A stretch of 64,000 bases of DNA, from positions 1,088,001 to 1,152,000 of the forward strand of contig OY970320.1 of assembly GCA_963716745.1 (NCBI GenBank). The letters are read 5' to 3'. Source of the stretch: an uncultured Gemmatimonadaceae bacterium (GTDB taxonomy: Bacteria; Gemmatimonadota; Gemmatimonadetes; Gemmatimonadales; Gemmatimonadaceae). This document shows, piece after piece, positions 1-9,043 of the stretch (position 1 is the stretch's first letter; each line of letters starts with the position of its first letter). Made by a program: the position numbers and the translations under genes. The notes under the pieces were generated by a model. That model ran no database searches. It saw only the letters and a list, made by a program, of their open reading frames with translations, and was not told the origin of the DNA.

Positions 1-142
1 GCTCGTCGGAGTACAAGACGAGCACGCGCTTCGTGGGCGGCGCGACCGCCGCGGGCTCGAGGGATGGCTCCTGCGCGCTGAGAACGTATGACGCGAAGCT
101 CAGTGCGGCGAACGCGCGGCGCAGGGATACGGCGGGCAACAT
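1..142 (-). CDS. 5' part of an exported/membrane protein, possibly a sensor histidine kinase (runs off the window)
   Basis: Manual translation from ATG 142: MLPAVSLRRAFAALSFASYVLSAQEPSLEPAAVAPPTKRVLVLYSDE. Signal-like N-terminus followed by a KRVLVLYS strand resembling periplasmic sensor domains. Confidence 0.45.
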   Translation of the reverse strand, partial: MLPAVSLRRAFAALSFASYVLSAQEPSLEPAAVAPPTKRVLVLYSDE

Positions 143-179
143 CACATTAGAAGATGAGGCGTGTCCCGCCAGAGCGCAA

Positions 180-209
180 AGCGGGCGGCCCCGGAAGGGA
201 CCGCCCGCT
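180..209 (-). terminator. GC-rich hairpin downstream of the sulfatase pair
   Basis: agcgggcgg...ccgcccgct inverted repeat followed by a short T run on the minus strand. Confidence 0.5.
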
Positions 210-236
210 CGAGCATTCTCTGCTGCGTGCCGCGAG

Positions 237-1943
237 TCAGTTGCTCTGGTGCGTCTGCTGCATCTGCCTCAGGATCCCATCGAGGTTGTACGTCTCAGGC
301 GCCTGGAGCGGCGGGAACATCTTGTACGTTTCGAGCTCCTTCAGCCACAACAGCTGGCCGACCGGAAGCAGGTTCCAGTCGTATAGGTAAGCCGTAGTGG
401 GCGAAGCGAGCGCGCCGCCGTATGAGAGAACGGACTTCTGCCCATCGCCCACGGCCTGCTCGAACGGATCGCGCCGGATGTTGTCGATCTGCGTCCAATG
501 ATACGTCACCGGTGGCGCGAGCGCCGCGGCGCCGCTCGAACCGGCCATGGTATAATAGAACTTCCAATTCTTATATCGCACCGCCGACGGCGTCGCGTCC
601 GCGTAGTAGAAGAACGTATTGCGCATCGAGCTGTCCGACTTCCCAAGCAGATAGTCGGTCTGGTCCACGCCGTCGAGCATCGTCTTCACGATGCCGGGAT
701 ACTGGCCCGCCATGATCTGCTTATTCAGCGCGTCACCCTTGGGACCTCCGGCGATGTCCACGAGTGTGGGCAGCCAGTCCAGCGAAGCGAACATTTCAGT
801 CAGGAGCGTGCCCGGCTTGATGTGCCCGGGCCACCGCACGACCATCGGCACGCGCATGCCGCCTTCCCACGTCGTGAGCTTCTGCCCCTTGAACGGCGTC
901 GTGCCTCCGTCGGGGAACGTCTGCGTCTCGGCGCCATTGTCCGTGGTGAACGCAACAATCGTGTTGTCGAGCTGTCCCATCTCCTCGAGCTTCTTGATGA
1001 CGAGACCGATGTTGTCGTCCATCTGCTTCATGCCGGCCTCGTTGATCCCCCAATCCTTGCCGCCCGGCTCGCCGATCATGGCCTGGTACTTCGGCGACAA
1101 CATGGTGGTGATGTGCATGCGCGCGGGATTGTACCACACGAAGAAGGGCTTGCCCGTCTTCTTCGGATCGTTGCGGTCGAGGAAGTCGATCACGTGGGAC
1201 GAGATCTCCTCGTCCACGCCCCGCGAGCGCTCCAAGGTGAGCGGACCTTCATCCTTGCAGGTCTGATTGGCCTCGGTGCCATCCGATGATGTGCAGAGGA
1301 GCATCGGACGCGGCGGCGTGAGACACGTCGTCGTCATCGGGTCCACCGAGCCAGGGACTTCCGCGATCCCCTTGATCGGCGTGTTCTTGCACGGCGGTGC
1401 GAAGCCCTGCAACAGGGGCGTCTTGTTGATGTCGGGGAAGCTGACCTGCTCCATCGCGTCCAAGTGGTACAGATAGCCGAAGAATTCCTGGAAGCCGTGG
1501 GCCGTGGGCAGCGCGGCCGTGTGGTCGCCCAGGTGGTTCTTGCCGAACTCGCCGGTGGTGTAGCCCAGGTCATGCAGGAACTTCGCGATCGCCGGCGTGC
1601 CGGGCCGCAGATACGACGGGCTGCCGGGCAGCTGCGGCGGGATCATCCCCGTGCGGAGCGGGTGCATGCCGGTGAAGAACGCATTGCGTCCCGAGGTGCA
1701 GCTCTGCTCCGCGTAGTAGGTCGTGAACTTTGCACCTTCGCGGCCAATGCGGTCGATGTTCGGCGTCTCGCCGAGGGCCAAGCCTTCGTGGTAGAGACCC
1801 ACCTGCATCCAGCCAATGTCATCGCCCATGATGAACAGAATGTTGGGCTTCGCCGTCTTCGCCTGCGCGCCGGCGGGCGCCACGGCGAGCATCGTCGCCA
1901 TCAGCATCGAGCCGGCCAGCAGCAATTTGGTTCGAGTTCGCAT
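237..1943 (-). CDS. Arylsulfatase (Cys/formylglycine type), secreted
   Basis: KPNILFIMGDDIG, SCTSGR (CxxxR), GKNHLG, TTDNG and GGMRVP motifs; signal peptide. Confidence 0.92.
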   Translation of the reverse strand: MRTRTKLLLAGSMLMATMLAVAPAGAQAKTAKPNILFIMGDDIGWMQVGLYHEGLALGETPNIDRIGREGAKFTTYYAEQSCTSGRNAFFTGMHPLRTGMIPPQLPGSPSYLRPGTPAIAKFLHDLGYTTGEFGKNHLGDHTAALPTAHGFQEFFGYLYHLDAMEQVSFPDINKTPLLQGFAPPCKNTPIKGIAEVPGSVDPMTTTCLTPPRPMLLCTSSDGTEANQTCKDEGPLTLERSRGVDEEISSHVIDFLDRNDPKKTGKPFFVWYNPARMHITTMLSPKYQAMIGEPGGKDWGINEAGMKQMDDNIGLVIKKLEEMGQLDNTIVAFTTDNGAETQTFPDGGTTPFKGQKLTTWEGGMRVPMVVRWPGHIKPGTLLTEMFASLDWLPTLVDIAGGPKGDALNKQIMAGQYPGIVKTMLDGVDQTDYLLGKSDSSMRNTFFYYADATPSAVRYKNWKFYYTMAGSSGAAALAPPVTYHWTQIDNIRRDPFEQAVGDGQKSVLSYGGALASPTTAYLYDWNLLPVGQLLWLKELETYKMFPPLQAPETYNLDGILRQMQQTHQSN

Positions 1944-1967
1944 GATCTCCTCAGTTCCGGTAGACGT

Positions 1968-3656
1968 TTAGTCGTCGATCGCCGGCATCACCTTCACCGG
2001 CTTCTTCGGATCGAGCAACGGCACCGGGTTCCCTGGATTCTTCAGGTTCGGCACGAGATCGTTCAATGCGCCGCCCGGGATGCGCTGGATGTTCGGATAC
2101 TTCATGATCGACATGTCGAACCCGATCAGGACAGGATAGACGAGCGACAGCGCCCAGCCATTGTCTTCGCCGGCGTACTTGCCGGGCGACTCGCCGGGCA
2201 TGCGCAATGCGACGGCGCCATTGAACGTCATGGAGTACTTCTCGTACGGATCCATGGTGAGGTTGTAGATCGCGCCGATCGATCCGAGGTTCTGGTCCGG
2301 GCCCAGCCAGGTGTCCTTAGCGGTGTACAGGTACTTCCAAGCGATATGCACCCACGGCTGCGCCGGGTCGCCGCCAATGTCGGCGCGCATGCCGAGGAAA
2401 TTCTCGCCGTCGATATAGATCCAACTCTCACGCGCCGAGTGCATGGTCTTGCCCGTCACGTAGGCGCTGTTGTCGATGCCATCGAAGTAGATGGGCTTGC
2501 CGGCGTTGTCGGTCCACTCGCCCGTTGGCGGAGGCTTGAGGCCCACCATCGCGGCGACCGTCGGCCACACGTCCATGTGCGACATCATCTCATCGAGATG
2601 CATGCCCGCCGGGATCTTGCCCGGCGCCCACATGATCCCGGGCACGCGCCAACCGCCTTCGAACGCCGTTCCCTTCTCACCGCGGAACGGAACGGTACCG
2701 GCATCCGGATACGCATCCTGCCACGCTCCGTTGTCGGCGCTCACGACCACGATCGTGTTCGGCGCATCGGCGCGGATCGCATCCATGATCTTGCCCATGT
2801 TCGAATCGAGCTCGAGCATCGCATCGGAGTAATTGCCGAGGTGCGACTTGCCGGCGAATTCCTTGGACGGGTGATTCGGGTTGTGCATCTTCATGAAGTT
2901 GACGTCCATGAAGAACGGCTTCGCGTCCTTGGCGTGCTCCTTGATGTACGCGATGGCCGACGCCGTCTGGCGCACATCGAATTCCGCGAGCGACTCCCAC
3001 GTGATCAGCTCGCCCTTCACTGCGGGTTTACCGGCCGTCCCCGACCACTCGTGCAGGTTCACGGCGTCCTGGTACATCTTCCAGAATTCCCCATTGTACA
3101 GCGGGAACCACGGGTGCATATGTGCCGACGTGTCGCTGTACGTGTATACGCCGGGATAATACGCCGCGAAGTTCCGCATCTCGTCGAAGCCGTGCTCGAT
3201 CGGATAGAACTCCGGCTTGTCGCCGAGATGCCACTTGCCGGAGAAGTACGTCTGGTAGCCGTTCTTCTTGAAGAACTCGGCGATCGTGGGCGTCTCCTTG
3301 TGCAGGCCGTTCTCGTCGCCCGGCGCCACCACGATCGAGAGCGCCGAGCGAATCGGAATACGCCCCGTGATGAAGGATGCGCGGCCGGCGGTGCAGCTGG
3401 CCTGGCCATACCAGTTCGTGAAGTAGGTGCCTTCCTTCGCAATGCGGTCGATGTTCGGCGTGGGGTGGCCGAGCGCGGCGCCGCCGCCCGACATGTAGCC
3501 CCAGTCGCCCCATCCGGTGTCGTCCGTCATCAGCATGACAATGTTCGGCTTCTTGGCCGACCCTTGCGCATGCGCCGCGACAGGCGCGGCAATGATCACG
3601 GCCGCGGCCAGCGCGGCAATGCGCATCACGCTGCTTCGAACTTCCGGCATTCGCAT
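1968..3656 (-). CDS. Arylsulfatase, secreted; divergent tandem paralog
   Basis: KPNIVMLMTDDTG, SCTAGRASFITG, GKWHLG, SADNG and EGGWRVP motifs. Confidence 0.92.
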   Translation of the reverse strand: MRMPEVRSSVMRIAALAAAVIIAAPVAAHAQGSAKKPNIVMLMTDDTGWGDWGYMSGGGAALGHPTPNIDRIAKEGTYFTNWYGQASCTAGRASFITGRIPIRSALSIVVAPGDENGLHKETPTIAEFFKKNGYQTYFSGKWHLGDKPEFYPIEHGFDEMRNFAAYYPGVYTYSDTSAHMHPWFPLYNGEFWKMYQDAVNLHEWSGTAGKPAVKGELITWESLAEFDVRQTASAIAYIKEHAKDAKPFFMDVNFMKMHNPNHPSKEFAGKSHLGNYSDAMLELDSNMGKIMDAIRADAPNTIVVVSADNGAWQDAYPDAGTVPFRGEKGTAFEGGWRVPGIMWAPGKIPAGMHLDEMMSHMDVWPTVAAMVGLKPPPTGEWTDNAGKPIYFDGIDNSAYVTGKTMHSARESWIYIDGENFLGMRADIGGDPAQPWVHIAWKYLYTAKDTWLGPDQNLGSIGAIYNLTMDPYEKYSMTFNGAVALRMPGESPGKYAGEDNGWALSLVYPVLIGFDMSIMKYPNIQRIPGGALNDLVPNLKNPGNPVPLLDPKKPVKVMPAIDD

Positions 3657-3921
3657 GTTCGTATCCTCGTCAATTTTCGTTGGGAGCGATCCGGCGGGGG
3701 ACGCCAGCCTGTCTTACCGCGTACAATAGAACAGGTCTCGAAACAGCCCGGCAATACGACCAAAGGACTACGAGATGCTGGTATCGAAATCGCGGCCCTT
3801 AGCATGGTAACGAACGAGCCACGTCGCAAGCCGCGCGCCCGGCCGGAGCGCACGCGCCGCCGATAGCGCCTCACCCCGGGGGCGACTAGCGTAGTGCGTC
3901 ACCTTTTCACTGGGAGGAGCC

Positions 3922-4353
3922 ATGAACCGGAAAGCGCTTCAGATCCTGGTCCTGACCGCCGCGCTGGGCATGCTGAGTTCGGCGTTGGCCGCACAGAACC
4001 CGCCGCCGAAGAAGCCGCCGGCCCCTCCGGAGCGCCACGCGCCGCCCCCGCCACCGCCGCCGACCGGCGCAGCCGGATCGGGACCTCCGTGTCACGGCTC
4101 CGATGTCGCCCAGTATCTGCAGTCGCCGAAGACGCTCATGACGACCTGCCTGCACCGAATGGTCCAGCTCGGGACGGACACGAACGACTACACCGTGATG
4201 TCCGTGACCGATGCCGGGTTCGTGCTCGCTAGATCGGAGGCTGGCAACGAAAGAAACGGAAGCCCGGTCATGACGAAATTCGTACCGTGGAGCGCGGTGC
4301 TCTACTACAACATGATGCCGGAGTTCGTGCAGGTCGCGCTGGTGCGGCAATGA
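3922..4353 (+). CDS. Secreted hypothetical protein with Pro-rich linker; paralog of 4900..5346
   Basis: GGAGGAG RBS, signal peptide, shared C-terminal domain (YTVMSVTDAGFVLAR...KFVPWSAVLY). Confidence 0.8.
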   Translation: MNRKALQILVLTAALGMLSSALAAQNPPPKKPPAPPERHAPPPPPPPTGAAGSGPPCHGSDVAQYLQSPKTLMTTCLHRMVQLGTDTNDYTVMSVTDAGFVLARSEAGNERNGSPVMTKFVPWSAVLYYNMMPEFVQVALVRQ

Positions 4354-4844
4354 TGCGCGCCGCGGTAGTCGCGCTTGCGGCGGTCGCGATCGTGGCGGCG
4401 CGGTCGGTGGGGCAGCAGCCAGTGCCACCCAACCGGTTCCCCACGAACGCGGACGTTTCCGCGAACGTGACCACGCTGCATCCGGACTCGGCGAGAGCCG
4501 GCCAGCGGTTCGACATCACCGTCGAAGTGACGAACAACGGGCCGCAAGCCGTGGGTGCGATCGAACTCACGCTCGAGCCCACCCTGCTCGTGATCCGGAA
4601 CGTCACCGCGAGCGGACACACGCTCTCGTGCAAGAAAGGCGCCTCGCAGGCCAAGGTGCCGCCGATCACGTGCGAGTTTACGGGAACGCTGAACGTGCAC
4701 GCCCACGTGGACATCGTCGTGACGACGACCGTGACCGGCAAGAACGGTGAATTCGCGAAGCTGTCGGCCACGGTGAAGGGCGCGGCCAACGATCCGGCGC
4801 TGGCGAACAACAGAGTCACGAGGAACTTCAGCATCAGCAATTAG
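4350..4844 (+). CDS. Secreted DUF11-like Ig-fold protein
   Basis: ADVS...GQRFDITVEVTNNGPQA and DPALANN motifs; ATGA overlap with the upstream stop. Confidence 0.7.
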   Translation: MMRAAVVALAAVAIVAARSVGQQPVPPNRFPTNADVSANVTTLHPDSARAGQRFDITVEVTNNGPQAVGAIELTLEPTLLVIRNVTASGHTLSCKKGASQAKVPPITCEFTGTLNVHAHVDIVVTTTVTGKNGEFAKLSATVKGAANDPALANNRVTRNFSISN

Positions 4845-4899
4845 CGCGCGGCGCCCGGAGCGGCTACCGTAGGAGTTCACCCTCCTACGGAGCCGAGCC

Positions 4900-5346
4900 A
4901 TGCATCGGAACGCGCTTGAAACGCTCGTCGTGATCGCCGCCGCAGCTACGTTCGCCCTCGGTGTGCGCGCGCAGACCGCGGCGAAGACCGCAAAGCCGGC
5001 GACCGCCGTGAGAACGACGGTCCCGCCGCCGGCCCCCGCTCCCGCGCCGCAGGGCGGATCCGCGAACGCCAGCTGTCGCTCGACGGATCTGACCGGCCAA
5101 TGGACCTCGACGCGCGCGCTCATGACGCGCTGCCTCAACAAGGTGATCATATTCGGCTCGGACCCGAGCAGCTACAGCGTGACGGCCGTGACCGACGCCG
5201 GCTTCGTTGTCGCGCGCGTGAACATCGAGGCCAGCGGCCAGGCGCACAACCAGAAAGTCACGCGGTTCATCCCGTGGTCGTCAGTATTGTACTTCGCCAC
5301 CCTCGGAGATTTTGTGGATATCGTCCTCGTACGCGAGCCGACATGA
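4900..5346 (+). CDS. Secreted hypothetical protein; paralog of 3922..4353
   Basis: Signal peptide, Pro-rich linker, YSVTAVTDAGFVVAR...RFIPWSSVLY. Confidence 0.8.
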   Translation: MHRNALETLVVIAAAATFALGVRAQTAAKTAKPATAVRTTVPPPAPAPAPQGGSANASCRSTDLTGQWTSTRALMTRCLNKVIIFGSDPSSYSVTAVTDAGFVVARVNIEASGQAHNQKVTRFIPWSSVLYFATLGDFVDIVLVREPT

Positions 5347-6690
5347 TCACTCATTGCCGGTCGACCATGCCAATCATGTCGATCCTGTCAAAGCAGTTCT
5401 TTGACAGGATCAACATGATCTACGTGGTCGGCGCGCCAATGCTGGCTCTAGTCGTCGCATGCAGCAAGAGCGATTCCACGAGCCCCGGCGGGACCACCGG
5501 GACTCTCGCCATCACGATCACCGCGCCGGGCGGCGTGACGCCCAAGGTGACGGTGCTCGGCCCGGCCGGCTACCGCATGGTCATCACGTCGACCCAAACA
5601 CTCAACTCGCTCGCGCCGGGCAGCTACACGATCTACGCCGGCGCGGGCGCGACCACCGATCCGATCGTCGGCACGGGATACGCCGGCACGGTGACAGGCA
5701 GTCCCGCCACCGTCGCCGCCAATGCCCAGTCCGACGCAAGCGTGACGTACGCATCGGCATGGCGCAGCGCGGGTGTGCTCTGGGTGGCGAACGAAGTGGG
5801 TCTCACGATCTCCGGATTCTCTTCGGCGAATCTTGCGCACACCGGCGCGCCGACGCCCGCCGTGGTGATCGGGAACGGCACCAGCACGAGCGCGGCGCGC
5901 GCTAGTATTGCGCTCGCGCTGGATGATGCCGGCGGTCTCTGGGAGAGCAGCATCACCGACACGCTGCGCTATTGGACCGCCGCGCAGATCGCGAACAGCA
6001 CGAATGCGGCGCCGAGGATCATCGTGGTGCCCTCATTGCAGTCGCCCACCGCGCTCGCCATCGATGCGCAGGGCGATCTGTGGGTGGCCGACCAGTACGG
6101 GAACACGCTGAACGAATTCACCGCGAGCCAGATCGCAACGAGCCGGCACGAAGACGCCCGCCGTCGTCATCAGTGCGGCCTTCGGCACCATCATGCGGCC
6201 ATGGGCCCTCGCGTTCAATGCGCTCGGCAACCTGTGGGTGGCGAACCTCAATGGGAATTCGGTGGCCGGCTTCGCGGCGGCCGATCTCACGACGACCGGC
6301 TCACCGCTGCCGTTCGCCGGGATCACCGGAGCACAGGGCGTCCACAAACCCGTCGGGCTCGCGTTCGACGCGCAGGGCAATCTTTGGGTGGGCACCGTGC
6401 TCGATTCGCTGTCGCGTTTCAACGCGAGCGACCTCACGGCGATCGGGTCGCCCACGCCCACGGTGATCCTCTCGGGCGTGTTGCTCCAGAGCGAGTACGG
6501 ACTGGCGATCGACAACAGCGGCGCGTTGTGGGTGGCGAGTTGGCAGACGAACACGCTGTTGCGGTACGACGCGAACCACCTCACGACGGGAGCCTTGCCC
6601 GACGCGACGATCAGCAAGACGGGGGCATCGATCGCTTTCCCCACGGGGATCGCATTCTCGCCGGCGTGGGGGCAACTGCCGGTGCATTGA
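5343..6690 (+). CDS. Lipoprotein with NHL/Vgb-like beta-propeller repeats (frameshift ~6150; start uncertain)
   Basis: LVVAC lipobox; repeated ALAIDAQGDLWVA / LAFDAQGNLWV / LAIDNSGALWVA units spread over two frames. Confidence 0.75.
5362..5430. repeat. 9-nt-period palindrome, family G, copy A
   Basis: caatcatgtcgatcctgtcaaag-cagtt-ctttgacaggatcaacatgat. Confidence 0.85.
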
Positions 6691-6703
6691 GGCGGTTCAA
6701 CTA

Positions 6704-6770
6704 CATCGCGTACATCATTTGCATTGTGTCAACGAACTGCTTGACAGGATTGACATGATGGACACGAATG
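6704..6770. repeat. Family G palindrome, copy B (degenerate left arm), overlaps the 3' end of GxxExxY
   Basis: Right arm ttgacaggattgacatgatggacacg. Confidence 0.75.
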
Positions 6771-7191
6771 CGGGCGCGCCGTTCATAACTCCGCGCGCGC
6801 GGATCCGGGGCAGACGGTGCTTGCGTTTGAACTGCAGTCGCTCGGCGCCGAAGTTGAGTAGCAGGCCGACCTCCAAGCCAGTAGCAGTCAAATAATGCAC
6901 GAGTTGCATCTCGTGCGCCTTGTTCAACACATCTACTGCCTTCAGTTCCAGGATCACGGTACCCTGCACCGTGATGTCGGCGATATACTCGCCGACGGAT
7001 TGACCCTCATACACGACGGCGATCCGTCGCTCTCCGTCGGATTGGATCCCGGCGCGCCGCAGTTCCAGTAGGAGAGCCCTTCGATACACGATCTCGAGGA
7101 ATCCGGGTCCGAGCGTGCGGTGGACCTTCATCGCGAGCCCGATAACGCGCCCCGTCAGCGGATCATCGTGCGCAGTCCCCATCATGTCCAT
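6715..7191 (-). CDS. GxxExxY protein (PD-(D/E)XK nuclease superfamily)
   Basis: GPGFLEIVY (GxxExxY), ADITV...ILELKAV, QLVHYLTATGLEVGLLLNFG. Confidence 0.93.
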   Translation of the reverse strand: MDMMGTAHDDPLTGRVIGLAMKVHRTLGPGFLEIVYRRALLLELRRAGIQSDGERRIAVVYEGQSVGEYIADITVQGTVILELKAVDVLNKAHEMQLVHYLTATGLEVGLLLNFGAERLQFKRKHRLPRIRARGVMNGAPAFVSIMSILSSSSLTQCK

Positions 7192-7271
7192 CGTGTTAAT
7201 CCTGTCGAGCTGTTTCTTAGTACCGGCGAGATAAGGGCTTTGACAGGATTAACATGATTGACATGATGGAC
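7175..7271. repeat. Family G palindrome, copy C, contains the GxxExxY start codon(s)
   Basis: catcatgtccatcgtgttaatcctgtc ... gacaggattaacatgattgacatgatg. Confidence 0.88.
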
Positions 7272-7335
7272 GACCTCAGCATCGATCCGATGCGCCAGTC
7301 ATCGCTCGGCGCTGCACCCCGAGAGTGAACCTTGG

Positions 7336-7836
7336 ATGGCACGTCGGACGTACGGGATTCTCATGAGACTCGCCACGGTCACCATCCTCGCGCTGCTTGC
7401 CGCGCTGGCGCCGTTGCGCGCGCCGAGCATCGCCTGCCCCGCGAGCGACGCCGCCGCGTTCGCGTGGTGGCCGGGGACGTGGAGCTATTCCGTGCCGCAC
7501 TTCGATCCGGGGGTCACGACGGTGACGGCGACGAGCGGCGGCTGCGTGCTGCACGAGGAGTTCGTGGACATTCGCGACAACAAGGCGCACACCACGATCG
7601 AGTACGACGCCGCCGCGAGGATCTGGAAGCGTACCGTGACGGATCCCTTTCGCACCTATCATTCCACGGGAACATTCTCGCCCGACGGCACGATCGCGTT
7701 CTACGAGACGCTCACGGATCGCGAGAGCTACCGCCCCATCGACCACGATCACGTGCGATTCTTCGGCGAGAAATCGACCGATGACGGTAAGACATGGACG
7801 CTTCTCTTCGACGCGACCTATTCGCGGCGCCCCTGA
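7336..7836 (+). CDS. Secreted hypothetical protein (lipocalin/DUF1579-like beta-barrel)
   Basis: Signal peptide, FAWWPGTW, C-terminal EKSTDDGKTW...TYSRR. Confidence 0.65.
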   Translation: MARRTYGILMRLATVTILALLAALAPLRAPSIACPASDAAAFAWWPGTWSYSVPHFDPGVTTVTATSGGCVLHEEFVDIRDNKAHTTIEYDAAARIWKRTVTDPFRTYHSTGTFSPDGTIAFYETLTDRESYRPIDHDHVRFFGEKSTDDGKTWTLLFDATYSRRP

Positions 7837-7859
7837 GAACGGACTCGAGCAGAGTCGCA

Positions 7860-7959
7860 GTTCCAATCATGTCAATCACGTTAATCCTGTCTAGTTGTTT
7901 ACTTGGACCGGTCGAATGAAGGCATGCGACAGGATTAACATGATTGACATGATGGGAAC
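7860..7959. repeat. Family G palindrome, copy D
   Basis: gttccaatcatgtcaatcacgttaatcctgtc ... gacaggattaacatgattgacatgatgggaac. Confidence 0.9.
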
Positions 7960-7980
7960 GGCGCCGCTAACCTCTGTACG

Positions 7981-8967
7981 ATGACAGTCATCGCGCCAAC
8001 CTCCACTCTCCCGTCTCTCGCCGAGCTCGAACACGCGAGCGCGATCGTGCATGCGGTGATGCCGCCGACGCCGCAGCAGCGCTGGCCGTTGCTCGACCAG
8101 CGCGCGGGATCCGAGGTGTGGGTCAAGCACGAGAACCAGACACCCGTGGGCGCGTTCAAAGTGCGTGGCGGTCTCGTGTTCTTCCATGACCTCGTCGCGA
8201 GCGGCATCACGGTGCCCGGCGTCGTCACCGCGACGCGCGGCAATCATGGTCAATCGATCGGACTTGCCGCCGCGCGACATGGCATCAAATCCGCGGTGAT
8301 CGTGCCCCACGGAAACAGCACCGAGAAGAATGCCGCCATGCGCGCGATCGGCGTGGAACTCATCGAGCACGGCGGCGATTTCCAGGCGTCGCTCGAGTAC
8401 GCCGCTCGCCTCGCGACGGAGCGCGGATGGTATCGCGTCCCATCGTTCCATCCGTGGCTCGTGCAGGGCGTGGGCACCTACGCGCTGGAATTCCTGCGCG
8501 GCGCGCCGGCGCTCGACACTGTTTACGTGCCGATCGGGCTCGGCTCCGGCATCTGCGGCATGATCGCGGCGCGCGATGCGCTCGAACTCCCCACGGAAAT
8601 CGTTGGCGTCGTCTCATCGCACGCGCCGGCGTATGCGCTCTCGATGGCCGCGGGCGCTCCAGTGGAAGCGCCGGCCACCACGGTGCTCGCGGACGGAATG
8701 GCGTGCCGCATCCCCGTGCCGGCCGCGCTCGACGCGATGCGCGGCAAAGTCGCGCGCGTCATCAGGGTCTCGGATGCCCAGGTGGCCGACGCGATGCGCG
8801 CGCTCTTCAGCGACACGCACAACGTGGCAGAGGGCGCCGGCGCGGCAGCGCTCGCCGCGCTGCTCACCGAGGCGCCCTCTTCGCGCGGCCGCGCCGGCAT
8901 CGTGATCTCCGGCGGCAATGTGGACCGCGAACTATTCGCGCGAGTCCTCTCTGGCGGGAACTGCTGA
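7981..8967 (+). CDS. Threonine/serine dehydratase family (PLP-dependent)
   Basis: KHENQTPVGAFKVRG, TRGNHG, PIGLGSG and ISGGNVD motifs. Confidence 0.9.
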   Translation: MTVIAPTSTLPSLAELEHASAIVHAVMPPTPQQRWPLLDQRAGSEVWVKHENQTPVGAFKVRGGLVFFHDLVASGITVPGVVTATRGNHGQSIGLAAARHGIKSAVIVPHGNSTEKNAAMRAIGVELIEHGGDFQASLEYAARLATERGWYRVPSFHPWLVQGVGTYALEFLRGAPALDTVYVPIGLGSGICGMIAARDALELPTEIVGVVSSHAPAYALSMAAGAPVEAPATTVLADGMACRIPVPAALDAMRGKVARVIRVSDAQVADAMRALFSDTHNVAEGAGAAALAALLTEAPSSRGRAGIVISGGNVDRELFARVLSGGNC

Positions 8968-8969
8968 AG

Positions 8970-9034
8970 GCGCGTGTGGTCGTTGACCTGTGGCAAAGAC
9001 ACCGCCGTTGCCACACGTCAACGACCACACGCGC
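8970..9034. terminator. Long hairpin between convergent genes; shares termini with family P palindromes
   Basis: gcgcgtgtggtcgttgacctgtggcaa ... ttgccacacgtcaacgaccacacgcgc. Confidence 0.65.
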
Positions 9035-9043
9035 ATCTGCAGT

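Noticed and set aside
237..3656. Tandem sulfatases without an adjacent formylglycine-generating enzyme
   Set aside because: Maturases are often encoded elsewhere, and the window edge limits context.
1464..3866. Long alternative ORFs (e.g. 1464..3866 +, 24610..26892 -, 56024..57706 +, 59211..60920 +, 60574..62271 +)
   Set aside because: They are antisense or off-frame shadows of well-supported genes, expected in high-GC DNA with few stop codons.
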